From an uncultured delta proteobacterium (lineage in GTDB: Bacteria > Myxococcota_A > UBA9160 > SMWR01), in contig CAWHTE010000003.1 in NCBI GenBank assembly GCA_963832165.1, positions 576,001-640,000 of the forward strand: a stretch of 64,000 bases of DNA. The letters are read 5' to 3'. Shown piece after piece: positions 21,001 through 30,175 of this stretch. A model generated the notes under the pieces. It saw nothing but the letters and a program-made list of their open reading frames with translations, was not told where the DNA came from and made no database searches. The position numbers and the translations under genes were made by a program. Every line of letters begins with the position of its first letter. Positions within the stretch are counted from its first letter, which is position 1.

Positions 21001-21924
21001 CGCCGCGATCTCTGGCGCCTCACGCGCGATCTGAACGCGATCGGCGCGAGCTATGTCGCCTGTGCACTCGACGTGCCGAACGTGTGCGGCGGTCTCGCGG
21101 GGCTGCTCGGGGGTGCGCGGCGCGTGCTGCTCTCATTCCGCAACGTGAACCCCACCCATTTCCCCACGCTCGACCGGCCCTGGCTGCGCGACTACTATCG
21201 CGCGCTCGCGGGATCGCAGCAGATCGTCTGGAGCGGCAACTCGCACGCGGGCAACAGCGATTACGCGGAGTGGCTCGGGATCGACCCGCAGCGGATTCGC
21301 ACGATCCACAACGGATTCGCCCCCGAGCTGTTCGCGGGAATCGGCGAGACCCAGGCCGCCGACCTGCGCGCGGCGCTCGAGATCGCGCCCGGCGCGCGGA
21401 TCGTGTGCGGCCTGTTCCGCTGGTCCGACGAGAAGGATCCGGACGCGTTCCTCGAGGTGAGCCGACGACTCGTCGGCGCGCGCGACGACGTGGTCGTGGT
21501 GCAGGCGGGCGGTGGGCCCGGCCTCGAAGCCGCGCGCCGCCGAGTGACGGGGCTCGGACTCGAGCGCCGCATCCGTCTGCTCGGCACGCGGCGCGATGTG
21601 GGCGCCCTGATGCGCGCGTCACAGCTCCTGCTGTCGACCTCCCGCTTCGAGGGACTTCCCAACGTGATGCTCGAGGCGCAGCACTTCGGGCTGCCCGTGG
21701 TCGCAACGGCCGTGGGCGGCAGCGCCGAAGCGATCGAAGACGGCGCGACGGGTGTGCTCGTTCCGCCGGGCGACGTCGATGCCATCACACGGGCCTGCCT
21801 CGAGCTGCTCGACGACCCGGAGCGGCGGCGCGCGCTCGGCAGCGCGGGAGAGAAGCGGATCGAGCAGCGCTTCTCGGTCGACGCATTCATCGACGCGACG
21901 CTCGACGCGCTCTCCGAGCCGTGA
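18043..21924 (+). CDS. asnB: Asparagine synthase (glutamine-hydrolysing)-type amidotransferase fused to a C-terminal GT4 domain
   Basis: MCGIAG, HRGPD, FNGEIYN, LSGGVDSS, SGDGGDE, EVRTPFL; then GGAERQ...FEGLPNVMLEA (GT4) in one 1293-aa frame. Confidence 0.9.
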   Translation: MCGIAGILQFERHHGPEEMARFAQAMASTIAHRGPDDAGVWVSDDGLCALSHRRLSIIEPSPVGHQPMHAADGRAVISFNGEIYNYLELRPELEARGRRLRTRTDTEVLIEAVREWGGLAFPRLDGMYAFALYDLDRRALWLARDAFGEKPLYYLNDGKRLAFASELHALQQLPFFDASIAEEGLAEYLCFTYVGAPRTLYRNVAKLPPGSYLRVEADGRSAVQRYFEFAPGREPGQEERSLDDLSDELEEILVRLIRRRLISDVPLGAFLSGGVDSSTVCALVRKKLGVPLETFSIGFVGSAESEHEQAQRYAEYLGTRHHMREIAPDATDFLLHAGDHLDEPNGDSSCLPTFLLSAFARERVTVAVSGDGGDEMFGGYGRYFHALRRKTRVQRRGRGGRAAEVGRFYYDGMQFFGDEHLRELFGRVPGELGAHLDRLRTYVERDHGRPDLLMRLRKTDVDHYLPGAVLAKVDRMSMQHGLEVRTPFLSIELARFAEKLPTSALYRDNEGKVLLKHLAARYLPREWLDLPKRGFGLPVSQAWGQRELLDVVGSLLEDGDSVLAGALGRDRVARFLARQRDPKQTQIYQLWAIGILESYLRRRPATLPRGDRAPDLIDLEVSSIHPLLARLADEASARGSELVVFCGESVPEGWRKMPAKIALVLRSELASVEGARVIRADWTVPDGAGLGALEGEIAVGAQAVFVVPGAESLLTPNYCERLAQLGFASVAVSAPDDIESAVIDLSRYSAFARDCAAAWLPPGRRIGSFGHPIRESAGHRFRSRLARSSGETSDRFAVTEGRRPLLFGDASAEEIRDLGAGRNGVDGRRVYFSASDNSDPRYNRRRYRLVDLHQRGVAPWWAPAPPEAQHREAVVRWIDEANRRAPPARAPREGDTVALVVQTLFAGGAERQWVSLGRELVSRGFRVVLFAFDLERENAHYLRLAQQAAVEVREMSRPASLPDASPAGPAFDPRVLSLAATAPGFLRRDLWRLTRDLNAIGASYVACALDVPNVCGGLAGLLGGARRVLLSFRNVNPTHFPTLDRPWLRDYYRALAGSQQIVWSGNSHAGNSDYAEWLGIDPQRIRTIHNGFAPELFAGIGETQAADLRAALEIAPGARIVCGLFRWSDEKDPDAFLEVSRRLVGARDDVVVVQAGGGPGLEAARRRVTGLGLERRIRLLGTRRDVGALMRASQLLLSTSRFEGLPNVMLEAQHFGLPVVATAVGGSAEAIEDGATGVLVPPGDVDAITRACLELLDDPERRRALGSAGEKRIEQRFSVDAFIDATLDALSEP

Positions 21925-23042
21925 CCGGCTCGTTGCGCGTCTTCTTCTCGCTCGACGCGAGTGAGCGCGAGCACCGCGGGGGACCGTCGGTGCGCGCGCG
22001 CCAGACCGCCACGGCGCTCGAGGCGCTCGGACACCAGCTGGGTTTCGGCGAGCAGCCCGAGCCGGGCCGATGGGACGTGGTTCACGTGTTCAATTCGTGG
22101 CCTGCGCAGCCTTCTCTCGAGCGGATCGAAGCGGCACGCGCTGCGGGAGCCGCGGTCGTGTTGTCGCCGATCTACATGGACCACCGCGAGACGGCGTGGG
22201 CGCGCCGTGTGTTGCGCCATGGAATGGCCGGCGCGCGGCGCGGCATCCACTCGATCGGCGCGCTCGGACGTCTGCGGCGCACGCCCCGCGATCGGCGCAT
22301 CGGCACGAACGCCGCGCTGCGCGAGTACCGCGAGCTGATGCCGCAGATGATTTCGCGCTGCGATCACGTGATCGTGTTGAGTCAGGCGGAGCTCGCGGGA
22401 CTTGGCGAGCTCGGCTGTGAGCCGCGATCGTGGAGCCCGGTGTTCAATGCGATCGACGCCCGCCCGTTCGCGGATGCCGATCCCGCGCTGTTCCGCCGCC
22501 AACACCAGCTGCCGGCCTATGCGCTGTGCGTCGGCCGGATCGAGTTCCGCAAAAACCAGGCTCTGCTGATCAAGGGGCTGTCGGGCTCGGATCTCTCCGT
22601 GGTGCTCGTGGGCGGTGCGCTGAGCCGCCGCTATGACCGCCTGGTCCGCGATCTGTCGGGCCCGAGCGTGCGGCGCATCGATCACCTCGATGCCGGCGGC
22701 GCGCTGCTGGCTTCGGCCTTCGCGGGCGCGACGGTGTTCGTGCTGCCGAGCTGGACCGAGGGGGCACCGATCTCCGCGCTCGAAGCGGCGGCGGCGGGCT
22801 GTCCGCTCGTGCTCGGCGACCGCGCAGGTGTGCGCGAGTACTTCGGTCCTCTCGCGCAGTATTGCGAGCCGTCGGATCCCGCGTCGATCCGCGCGGCGGT
22901 CGAGTCGGCGATCGCGGAGGACTCGGAATCGCTGCGCGCGCGCCGGCGCGCGCTGGCCTCGGAGCGGTTCACGCTCGCGGCAGCTGCGCGCGACACCGCA
23001 GCGGCCTACTCCGTCGCGCTCTCCGCGCGCGCGGCTCGCTGA
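21921..23042 (+). CDS. Glycosyltransferase family 4
   Basis: VGRIEFRKNQ, LPSWTEGAPISALEAAAAG; GTGA overlap. Confidence 0.88.
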   Translation: MTGSLRVFFSLDASEREHRGGPSVRARQTATALEALGHQLGFGEQPEPGRWDVVHVFNSWPAQPSLERIEAARAAGAAVVLSPIYMDHRETAWARRVLRHGMAGARRGIHSIGALGRLRRTPRDRRIGTNAALREYRELMPQMISRCDHVIVLSQAELAGLGELGCEPRSWSPVFNAIDARPFADADPALFRRQHQLPAYALCVGRIEFRKNQALLIKGLSGSDLSVVLVGGALSRRYDRLVRDLSGPSVRRIDHLDAGGALLASAFAGATVFVLPSWTEGAPISALEAAAAGCPLVLGDRAGVREYFGPLAQYCEPSDPASIRAAVESAIAEDSESLRARRRALASERFTLAAAARDTAAAYSVALSARAAR

Positions 23043-23055
23043 ACGCTCCGCCCGA

Positions 23056-23811
23056 TCACGGAACGACGCAGACGCCGAAGTTGCGGATCTCCGCAGAGCG
23101 CTCGATCCCGTGCTTGCGCAGGAAGTGGCGCCAGGCATTCGAGTGCAACACGTCGTGCGAGGCCAGGATGCCCCCCGACCGCAGGTGAGACAGCGCGAGC
23201 TCGTACTCGGCCATCATGTGCGCGTACTCGTGATGGCTGTCGTGCAGGAAGAGGTCGATCGGCGCGAGGCTCTCGAGCAGCCCAGGCAGGACCGCCAAGC
23301 TGTCGCCGAGATGGAGTCGCACGCGGCTCCGCCATTCGGCGGGGATCAATACGCCGATGCTGTCTGGATCATCGACGCGATCGATCGAGTGGAGCTCGCC
23401 CGCGCGGTTCTCGTTCATGGCGTGCAGGATGTAGAGTGCCGACGCGCCGGCCGCGGTACCCGTCTCCACCGCGATCTTCGGCTGGCTCGCGCGCACTACC
23501 GCGTACAGCGAGACACTGTCTGCGGTGCTCATCGGGCTCGGGACGTGGGTGAGCTCGCGTTCGACGCGGTCGCGTTCGCCTGCGAGTGCAAGCTGATCGG
23601 CCTCGTGCACGAAGCTCGCGATCTTCGTCTCGCCGAGGTCGAACAGCCGCGCGAGGCGCCCAACCCGAGCGGCGACGAGGTCGCTCGCGCTCATGCGTTC
23701 CTTCACGCGCTGCGCCTCGGCATCGCTCCACGTGACGGGCATGCCGAGCCGGTCCTTCAGCGCGTTGAGCAGGTGCGCGAGGCGACTCGGCCGCCGAGAG
23801 GAGGAGCTCAC
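23056..23811 (-). CDS. Class I SAM-dependent methyltransferase (Methyltransf_24-like)
   Basis: VETGTAAGAS, LHSID, IDLFLHDSHH, LRSGGILASHD. Confidence 0.85.
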   Translation of the reverse strand: MSSSSRRPSRLAHLLNALKDRLGMPVTWSDAEAQRVKERMSASDLVAARVGRLARLFDLGETKIASFVHEADQLALAGERDRVERELTHVPSPMSTADSVSLYAVVRASQPKIAVETGTAAGASALYILHAMNENRAGELHSIDRVDDPDSIGVLIPAEWRSRVRLHLGDSLAVLPGLLESLAPIDLFLHDSHHEYAHMMAEYELALSHLRSGGILASHDVLHSNAWRHFLRKHGIERSAEIRNFGVCVVP

Positions 23812-24497
23812 CGGCTGGCGCCCCACAGCGATGCAAGGCCGCGCCGGATCCGGCGCTTGAGCGATCGCGAGCGACGGTCGTTGATCCCGCGGTAGACGAT
23901 CCCGCCTTCGCGGCGCGCGATCCCCGCGAGCACGGCGCGGCGATCCATGGTGAACGGCGCGGTGCTCGTCTTCCGGACCGCGACGCAGCGCAGTCCGTTG
24001 ATCAGCTTCGATGCGATCATCTCGTATTCGTTGAGCCGCGCGAGCTCTGCGAAGAACTCGTGCGAGTAGTAGTAGTTGCAGTGGCCCTTCCAGGCGCCGT
24101 CGCGGTCGAGCGCTTCGACGTCGGGCACGAGTGAGATCGCGATGCCGCCCGTGCACAGGCAGTTGTGGATGTTCAGGAAGCAGGTGTACTGGGCCGACAG
24201 CGGCTCGACGTGTTCGGTGGTGCCGGAGTTCGTGATGATGTCGAACGCGTCGAGCCAGGTCGCGTTCCGGATCCGCCGCGACAGGTCGACGCGCACCGCA
24301 CCGTGCTCGCCGTTCAGGTCGAACGAGGTGTGCGCGACGCCGCGGTTCTCGAAGTACTGCTTGCCGGTGGACTCGGGGATCGCCTCGTCTTCGATCACCT
24401 GATCGCCGAGCTCGAGCATGTGCCGCCCGCGTAGTTCGCCGAGCGTGGAGGAGACGCACTCTTCGATGAAATCGAGGTAGCCCCGTTCGAGACCCAC
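23808..24497 (-). CDS. SAM-dependent methyltransferase
   Basis: MLELGDQ, SFDLNG, FDIITNSGTTEHV. Confidence 0.75.
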   Translation of the reverse strand: MGLERGYLDFIEECVSSTLGELRGRHMLELGDQVIEDEAIPESTGKQYFENRGVAHTSFDLNGEHGAVRVDLSRRIRNATWLDAFDIITNSGTTEHVEPLSAQYTCFLNIHNCLCTGGIAISLVPDVEALDRDGAWKGHCNYYYSHEFFAELARLNEYEMIASKLINGLRCVAVRKTSTAPFTMDRRAVLAGIARREGGIVYRGINDRRSRSLKRRIRRGLASLWGASR

Positions 24498-24559
24498 TGC
24501 ATCCCCCGCCGAGTCCCGCGCATGTTACTGGATCGCGTTACTCCGTGAGGACTGCCGTG

Positions 24560-25159
24560 TCACGTGGCGATCGGGTGGTACGTGCAGACGAGCACGCCCG
24601 TCTTCGCCTGCTTCACCGACACGAGCTCGAGAGGACGTGCGCGTCGGTCCGTGGGGAAGATCGTCTTCCCTCCGCCGAGGAGGATCGGCTCGATCATGAG
24701 GCAGTATTCGTCGACGAGATCGTTCTCGACGAGCTGACGCACCAGCGAGGCGCTGCCCCAGATCTGCAGGCCGCGGTCGACGTCGCTCTTTCGCAGCGAG
24801 CGGATCGCCGCGATGGCGTCTCCAGCCAGGAGCGTCGTGTTGTTCCACCTCGCCGACGCCTGCTCGGCAGACAGCGTGCGCGACGCGACGTATTTCCGGA
24901 TCGCGTTCATCCGGTCGGCGAACGGATCTCCGGCCTGCTCCGGCCAGGCGCCCGCCATGACTTCCCAGGTACGCCGTCCGAACAGCAACGCGTCCGAGCG
25001 GCTCATGACCTCGTCGATCACGGTTCCCATCGCATCGGGGTCGAAGAGCGGCATCGACCAGCCCCCGTGCGAGAAGCCGCCGTCGAGATCCTCGTCCTTG
25101 CCGCCGGGAGCCTGAACCACGCCGTCGAGGCTCATGAAATCGGTCACGATGATCCGCAT
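24560..25159 (-). CDS. Dihydrofolate reductase / RibD C-terminal family protein
   Basis: MSLDGVVQAPG, LLFGRRTW, IWGSASL, LVDEY, PILLGGG. Confidence 0.88.
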   Translation of the reverse strand: MRIIVTDFMSLDGVVQAPGGKDEDLDGGFSHGGWSMPLFDPDAMGTVIDEVMSRSDALLFGRRTWEVMAGAWPEQAGDPFADRMNAIRKYVASRTLSAEQASARWNNTTLLAGDAIAAIRSLRKSDVDRGLQIWGSASLVRQLVENDLVDEYCLMIEPILLGGGKTIFPTDRRARPLELVSVKQAKTGVLVCTYHPIAT

Positions 25160-25242
25160 GTCTTTCTCCTCCTGCCCTGGAGACGGACGGCCCGGCGCGA
25201 TTTCGACATCCTAGGGGGTGCGCTCCAACCGCCGCACGGGTG

Positions 25243-25296
25243 TTGACCGCGGCCCGCGCTCTCGGGTAGGGTGAGAACCTAATACTTGTTCCACCC
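25243..25296 (+). promoter_or_regulatory. Putative sigma70 promoter (TTGACC-N18-TAGGGT) overlapped by an imperfect inverted repeat (possible TetR operator)
   Basis: TTGACC 25243-48, TAGGGT 25267-72; GGGTGAGAAC...GTTCCACCC 25269-25296. Confidence 0.4.
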
Positions 25297-25322
25297 CATC
25301 CCGGGAGACAAGGAACCCAGCG

Positions 25323-26564
25323 GTGTCGGCCGACAGCGAGCGCAAGGCAGAGATCCTCGACGCGGCCGCGACCGTGCTCGCTTCGTCCGGGCTCCGGACC
25401 TCGCTGCAACAGATCGCCGACGCGTGCGGGATCCTCGCGGGAAGTCTCTACCACCACTTCGAGTCGAAGGAAGACCTCTTCATCGCGCTCGTCGAGCGTT
25501 ATCAGTCGGAGCTCGACAACGTTGCCGAGAAGGCGCAGGAGCAGGGTACGAACCCGCGTGCGCCCGACGAGCAGATCGTGGCGCTGGGAGCCGCGATCGC
25601 CGAATGCGCGGTGCGGCACCGGGCCGCACTGTTGCTCTCGCTCTACGAGCCGCCCGAGGGTGCGAGCGCAGAGATGGTGCGCCTGACGAGCCGGACGCCC
25701 GATGCGATCAACGCGGCCATGCTCGCGATCCTCGAGGCGGCGAGGTCGAGTGGCTACCTCCGGCGTGAGGTGGATCTCCCGGTTCTCGCCGATCGGATCT
25801 GTCAGAGCATGTTGCACACCGGAGTTGGCGTTTCCCATCGGCTGCGCGGCGGCGAGCGGATCCCCGCGATCAAGTGTGGGATGCTGCTGCACGGCCTCGC
25901 GCTGCGGCTTCCCGATGATGCTCGCCTGGATCGCTCCAAGGCCCGGCAAGCGGCCGACGAGGCGATCCAGTCCTGGGAGGAAGCCGACGCGGGGAGCGAC
26001 CCGAGAGCGGCGCGGATCCTGGCCGTCGCGCGCTCGGAGTTCGCGCGCCGCGGCACCGAGCTCGCGACGATCAGGGACGTCGCTGCGGCCGCGGAGATGA
26101 GCACGGGCACCGTCTATCGCCTGATCGAGTCGAAAGAGAAACTCATGTCTTCGATTCTGTGGTCGTACACACAGAAGACCACGGAAGGCTGGGATCGCAT
26201 CGCGAGCTCCTCGTCGGCGCCCGTGGAGAAGCTCGACGCGCTCCTGTGGTTCAACATCAACGTGGTGCACCGCTTCGCCGACGAGCACCGGATCCAGTCG
26301 CTGGGACTCCAGCTCGTGCCGCCGAAGAGCCCCAATCTCACCTGGACGTTTCCGGCTCAGCTGCGCCTGCTCAAGGGATTGGTGTCGCAAGGCATTCGGG
26401 CGCGACAGCTCCAGATCGAGAAGGGCCCCTCTCTGGACATGGTCTCCCGCTGCGTGTTCGCACTCATCCTCACGCCGGAGAACATCGTGCGCGATGCAGG
26501 CATTCACGACGCGCTCCACTTCAATCGCGACACGCTCTTGCGCGGTGCTGCGAGGCGTTCGTGA
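25323..26564 (+). CDS. TetR/AcrR regulator with two tandem TetR domains
   Basis: HTH 1 TSLQQIADACGILAGSLYHHFESKE; HTH 2 ATIRDVAAAAEMSTGTVYRLIESKE. Confidence 0.88.
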   Translation: MSADSERKAEILDAAATVLASSGLRTSLQQIADACGILAGSLYHHFESKEDLFIALVERYQSELDNVAEKAQEQGTNPRAPDEQIVALGAAIAECAVRHRAALLLSLYEPPEGASAEMVRLTSRTPDAINAAMLAILEAARSSGYLRREVDLPVLADRICQSMLHTGVGVSHRLRGGERIPAIKCGMLLHGLALRLPDDARLDRSKARQAADEAIQSWEEADAGSDPRAARILAVARSEFARRGTELATIRDVAAAAEMSTGTVYRLIESKEKLMSSILWSYTQKTTEGWDRIASSSSAPVEKLDALLWFNINVVHRFADEHRIQSLGLQLVPPKSPNLTWTFPAQLRLLKGLVSQGIRARQLQIEKGPSLDMVSRCVFALILTPENIVRDAGIHDALHFNRDTLLRGAARRS

Positions 26565-28238
26565 CCACGGACCCCGTGCGAGCAGCGGACGGATTGGGAC
26601 GGCTTGGCCTCTTGGCCTCGGCGCTCTCTGGCCGCGCGCTGCAGGTGGCAGCGAGCGAGCCCGGCGAGCTCGCGTGGACCGACGGAAGACGGATCTTCGT
26701 CGATGCCGACGACGAGCGCGCGGGATCAGCTCGAGGCGCTCGCGGTGCAGGCGTCGCTGCTCGCCGCCGGAAGTCTCGCGCCCGACGTCGTGCGCAGGTT
26801 CACGCGGCGCCCGCGGCTCGCGAAGCGATACCTCGCGATCGAAGGGCACCGCGCACTCGCTGCGAACGAGCGCCTGTTGCCGCTGCGGGTCCGATCGCTG
26901 ATCGACTCCGCGGTCGCGGCGCGCGGCGATTCGCCCGTGGCGTCGCTGGCGGCGGCGCTCTCCGCGCAGAAGATCGCCGACGCGCCCGACAGCTTCGGAG
27001 CCATCCGCGCGCGGGAGCTGCTCGCGTCGAGCAGCCGCATCGGCGCCTCGATGAAGACACGAGAGCACGTCCCGCGCCACGGGCGAGATCGGGTGCTGAT
27101 CGAGCTCGAACAGGATGACAGCGACGAGATCGACGCCCCCATCGACTTCTCGAGCCCCGTCGGCGGCGGGGGCGCGCTAGGCCGGTGGCTCCAGCGCATG
27201 CTGGAGGTGGTGCGCCAGCGTAGCGGGGGACCTCCGGGCGCCGATCCGGCGACGCACGAGACGCGCACGGGACGGCGAGGCGGCAGTCGTGCTGCGGTCT
27301 CGACGGCGGTCGCGGGCACCCTCGAGGAGGGCGCGACTCGCGTCCGCGGAACGAAGTACCCCGAGTGGGACGCAGCGCGACGGCGCTACCGCCCGGACTG
27401 GTGCACCGTGCACGAAATCGAGCCGCGAGCCGGCAACGGCGCGCCGCACCGGATGACGGACGCGTACGGCCTGCGTCGATCGCTCGCGCGCCTGGGCACG
27501 GGCCTCGATTCGTGTCACCGGCAGATGCAGGGCGACGACCTCGACATCGATGCGGCGGTCGAGGCCCGCGTCGAGCTGATGGCCGGGACCGTACCCGACG
27601 AGGCGTTCTACGTGGACAGCCTTCGCCGCCGGCGTGATCTCGCGGTGCTGTTGCTGCTCGACGTCTCGGGCTCCGCTGCCGAGCCCGGTGCAGCGGCCCA
27701 CACCGTGCACGAGCACCAGCGCGCGGCGGCCGCCGCGCTCACAGTGGCTCTGCACGATCTCGGTGATCGCGTGGCGCTCTACGCCTATCACTCGCAGGGG
27801 CGGTCCGCCGTACACCTCGTGCCCGTGAAGCGCTTCGACGATCGTCTCGACATCCTCGTGATGCGTCGCCTTCACGGTCTCGTGCCCGGGGCCTACTCGA
27901 GGCTGGGTGCGGCGATCCGCCATGGTGCGTCCGTGTTGGAGCAGCGGGGCGGGGCATCGCGCCGGCTGCTCGTCGTGCTATCCGACGGGCTCGCGTACGA
28001 CCACGGCTACGAGCGCGCGTATGGAGCCGCCGACGCGCGGCGCGCGCTCGCGGAGGCCCGACGCCGGGGCACCGCCTGCCTCTGTCTCAGCATCGGCGCC
28101 AGCACCGATTCCGAGGAGCTTCGGCGTGTATTCGGCAGCGCTGCGCACGCCGCGATCCCGAAGCCCGAGCAGCTCCGGCGCGTGATCGGACCGCTATTCC
28201 GCTCGGCGCTGCGCTCTGCGGAGGTCAGGCGACAATGA
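26561..28238 (+). CDS. NorD/CbbO-like VWA domain protein; +1 frameshift at ~26715
   Basis: YPEWD, GDDLDIDAAV, LLLDVSGS (MIDAS), YSRLGAAIRH, LLVVLSDG. Confidence 0.85.
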
Positions 28239-29050
28239 AGATCGTCGACAAGCGAGGCCTCGCGCCGCGGCCGTACTACGTCCCGGTCGGAAACGAGGAG
28301 GAGATCTTCAAGGCGGCCTTCCGCCAGGGAATGTCGCTCGTGCTCAAGGGGCCCACGGGCTGCGGGAAGACGCGCTTCGTCGAGGCGATGGCCTACGACC
28401 TCGAGCGGCCCCTGATCACGGTTGCGTGCCACGACGACCTCACGACCGCCGATCTCGTGGGCCGCTTCCTGCTGCGCGGCGGTGATACGGAGTGGGTCGA
28501 TGGCCCGCTCACGCGCGCCGTGCGCGAGGGCGCCATCTGCTACCTCGACGAGGTCGTCGAGGCGCGCCAGGACACGACCGTCGTGATCCATCCACTCGCG
28601 GATCACCGGCGTCAGCTCCCGATCGACCGGCTCGGACTGACGCTCGACGCCGCGCCGGGGTTCTGCCTGGTCGTGTCCTACAACCCCGGGTACCAGAGCG
28701 TGCTCAAGGATCTCAAGGACTCGACGCGACAGCGAATGGTGTCGATCGAGTTCGGCTTTCCGCCCGCGGACGTCGAAGAGAAGATCGTCGCGCACGAGGC
28801 GGGTGTCGACTCCAACAGAGCCGCCGAGCTCGTGCGCCTCGGTCAGGCGATCCGGCGCCTCGAGACGGCCGGGCTGCGCGAGGTCGCCTCGACCCGCGTG
28901 CTGATCGCCGCGGGGCGGCTGATCGCCGAAGGGTTGAGTCCGCGCGAGGCGGCGCGCGCCGCCGTCGCGGGACCGCTCACCGACGATCCGGCCGTGACGA
29001 GCGGCCTCCTGGAGATGATCAACGTGTACCTGGCCGACGCGTCGGCCTGA
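28235..29050 (+). CDS. CbbQ/NirQ/NorQ family AAA+ ATPase
   Basis: LKGPTGCGKTRFVE, CYLDEVVEARQDT, SYNPGYQ, STRQR. Confidence 0.92.
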   Translation: MKIVDKRGLAPRPYYVPVGNEEEIFKAAFRQGMSLVLKGPTGCGKTRFVEAMAYDLERPLITVACHDDLTTADLVGRFLLRGGDTEWVDGPLTRAVREGAICYLDEVVEARQDTTVVIHPLADHRRQLPIDRLGLTLDAAPGFCLVVSYNPGYQSVLKDLKDSTRQRMVSIEFGFPPADVEEKIVAHEAGVDSNRAAELVRLGQAIRRLETAGLREVASTRVLIAAGRLIAEGLSPREAARAAVAGPLTDDPAVTSGLLEMINVYLADASA

Positions 29051-29059
29051 CGAGGCGAT

Positions 29060-30172
29060 ATGTCCTACGAGAGCACCGCACAGCCGATCAAGCTCGGCTA
29101 CCTCTTCGACTTCAAGCTGCCGGCCTTCTTCCCGAAGGAGATGCGGGACGACCTGACCCAGGTGTTCCAGCTCGTCTTCGACGAAGGCCTCAAGCAGAGG
29201 ATCATCGACCGCCCCGTGGAGATCGTGTTCCGCGAGGTCGAGGGCCTTCCGAAGGGCACCGTCAAATCGGTGATCGACGCCTACGGTGAGCTCGTCGACG
29301 AAGGTTGTCTCGCGATCTTCGGCCCGAGCATCAGCGACAACTGCATCCCGACACGCGAGGCGATCGAGCAGCGCTTCCATGTGCCCGCGGTCAGCGTCAG
29401 CGGATCCGACGACTGGCTGGGCGAGTGGACCTTCTCGTTTCCACAGGGCTCGTTCACCGACGAACCGATTTTCTGGGCGGACCTGCTCAAGAAGGGCGGA
29501 CACAGCGAGGTCGGCGTCCTCGTCGAGCAGTCGCTGGTCGGTGAGAGCTACGTGAAGAGCTTCCGCAAAGCCTGTCGGGATGCGCGCATTCGCATCGTGG
29601 CGGAAGAGCAGATCGCGCAGACCGCGCAGGACGTCCTCGAGGCGGTTCGGAGAGTGCACGAAGCGAAGCCGAACGCGCTCGTGCACTGCGGCTTCGGCTT
29701 CGGAATCCTGCACGTCAACTCCGTGCTCGAAACGCTCGGCTGGGATCCGCCTCGGTTCACGAGCACCGCGTTCCAGAACGCGTGGATCAACCCCGTGTTG
29801 TGGAGAGCGTTCCTGGGATGGACGGGAATCGACCAGTACGACGAGGGCAACCCCGTCGGCCAGCGCTTCCTCGACCAGTACGCAGCGACCTACGGACGGC
29901 GTCCCCAGTACTGCGTGCCCGTGGTGAATCGCGACATCGCCACCGCGCTGCTGCGCGCCTTCGCCGACGCGCATCCCCTGAGCCCTCGCGGCGTCAAGGA
30001 GGCGCTCGAGCGCGTGAAGATGATCCCCGCCGCCTCGGGCGCGCCGGGGACCCGGGTTTCGTTCGGAAAGTGGACGCGCCGCGCGTGGATGGGACCGGGC
30101 TATCTCGTGGCGCGGAAGCTGGATCCGGACGGGATCAACTCGCACCTCGTCGATCGCTTTGGAGAGGACTGA
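29060..30172 (+). CDS. Type I (branched-chain-like) substrate-binding-protein fold, no signal peptide
   Basis: IKLG...GCLAIFGPSISDN; no N-terminal hydrophobic leader. Confidence 0.7.
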   Translation: MSYESTAQPIKLGYLFDFKLPAFFPKEMRDDLTQVFQLVFDEGLKQRIIDRPVEIVFREVEGLPKGTVKSVIDAYGELVDEGCLAIFGPSISDNCIPTREAIEQRFHVPAVSVSGSDDWLGEWTFSFPQGSFTDEPIFWADLLKKGGHSEVGVLVEQSLVGESYVKSFRKACRDARIRIVAEEQIAQTAQDVLEAVRRVHEAKPNALVHCGFGFGILHVNSVLETLGWDPPRFTSTAFQNAWINPVLWRAFLGWTGIDQYDEGNPVGQRFLDQYAATYGRRPQYCVPVVNRDIATALLRAFADAHPLSPRGVKEALERVKMIPAASGAPGTRVSFGKWTRRAWMGPGYLVARKLDPDGINSHLVDRFGED

Positions 30173-30175
30173 CCC

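Noticed and set aside
26561..29050. Denitrification (norQD) or carbon fixation (cbbQO) locus
   Set aside because: No norBC or rbcL/S in the window; the context is P450/ALDH/SDR
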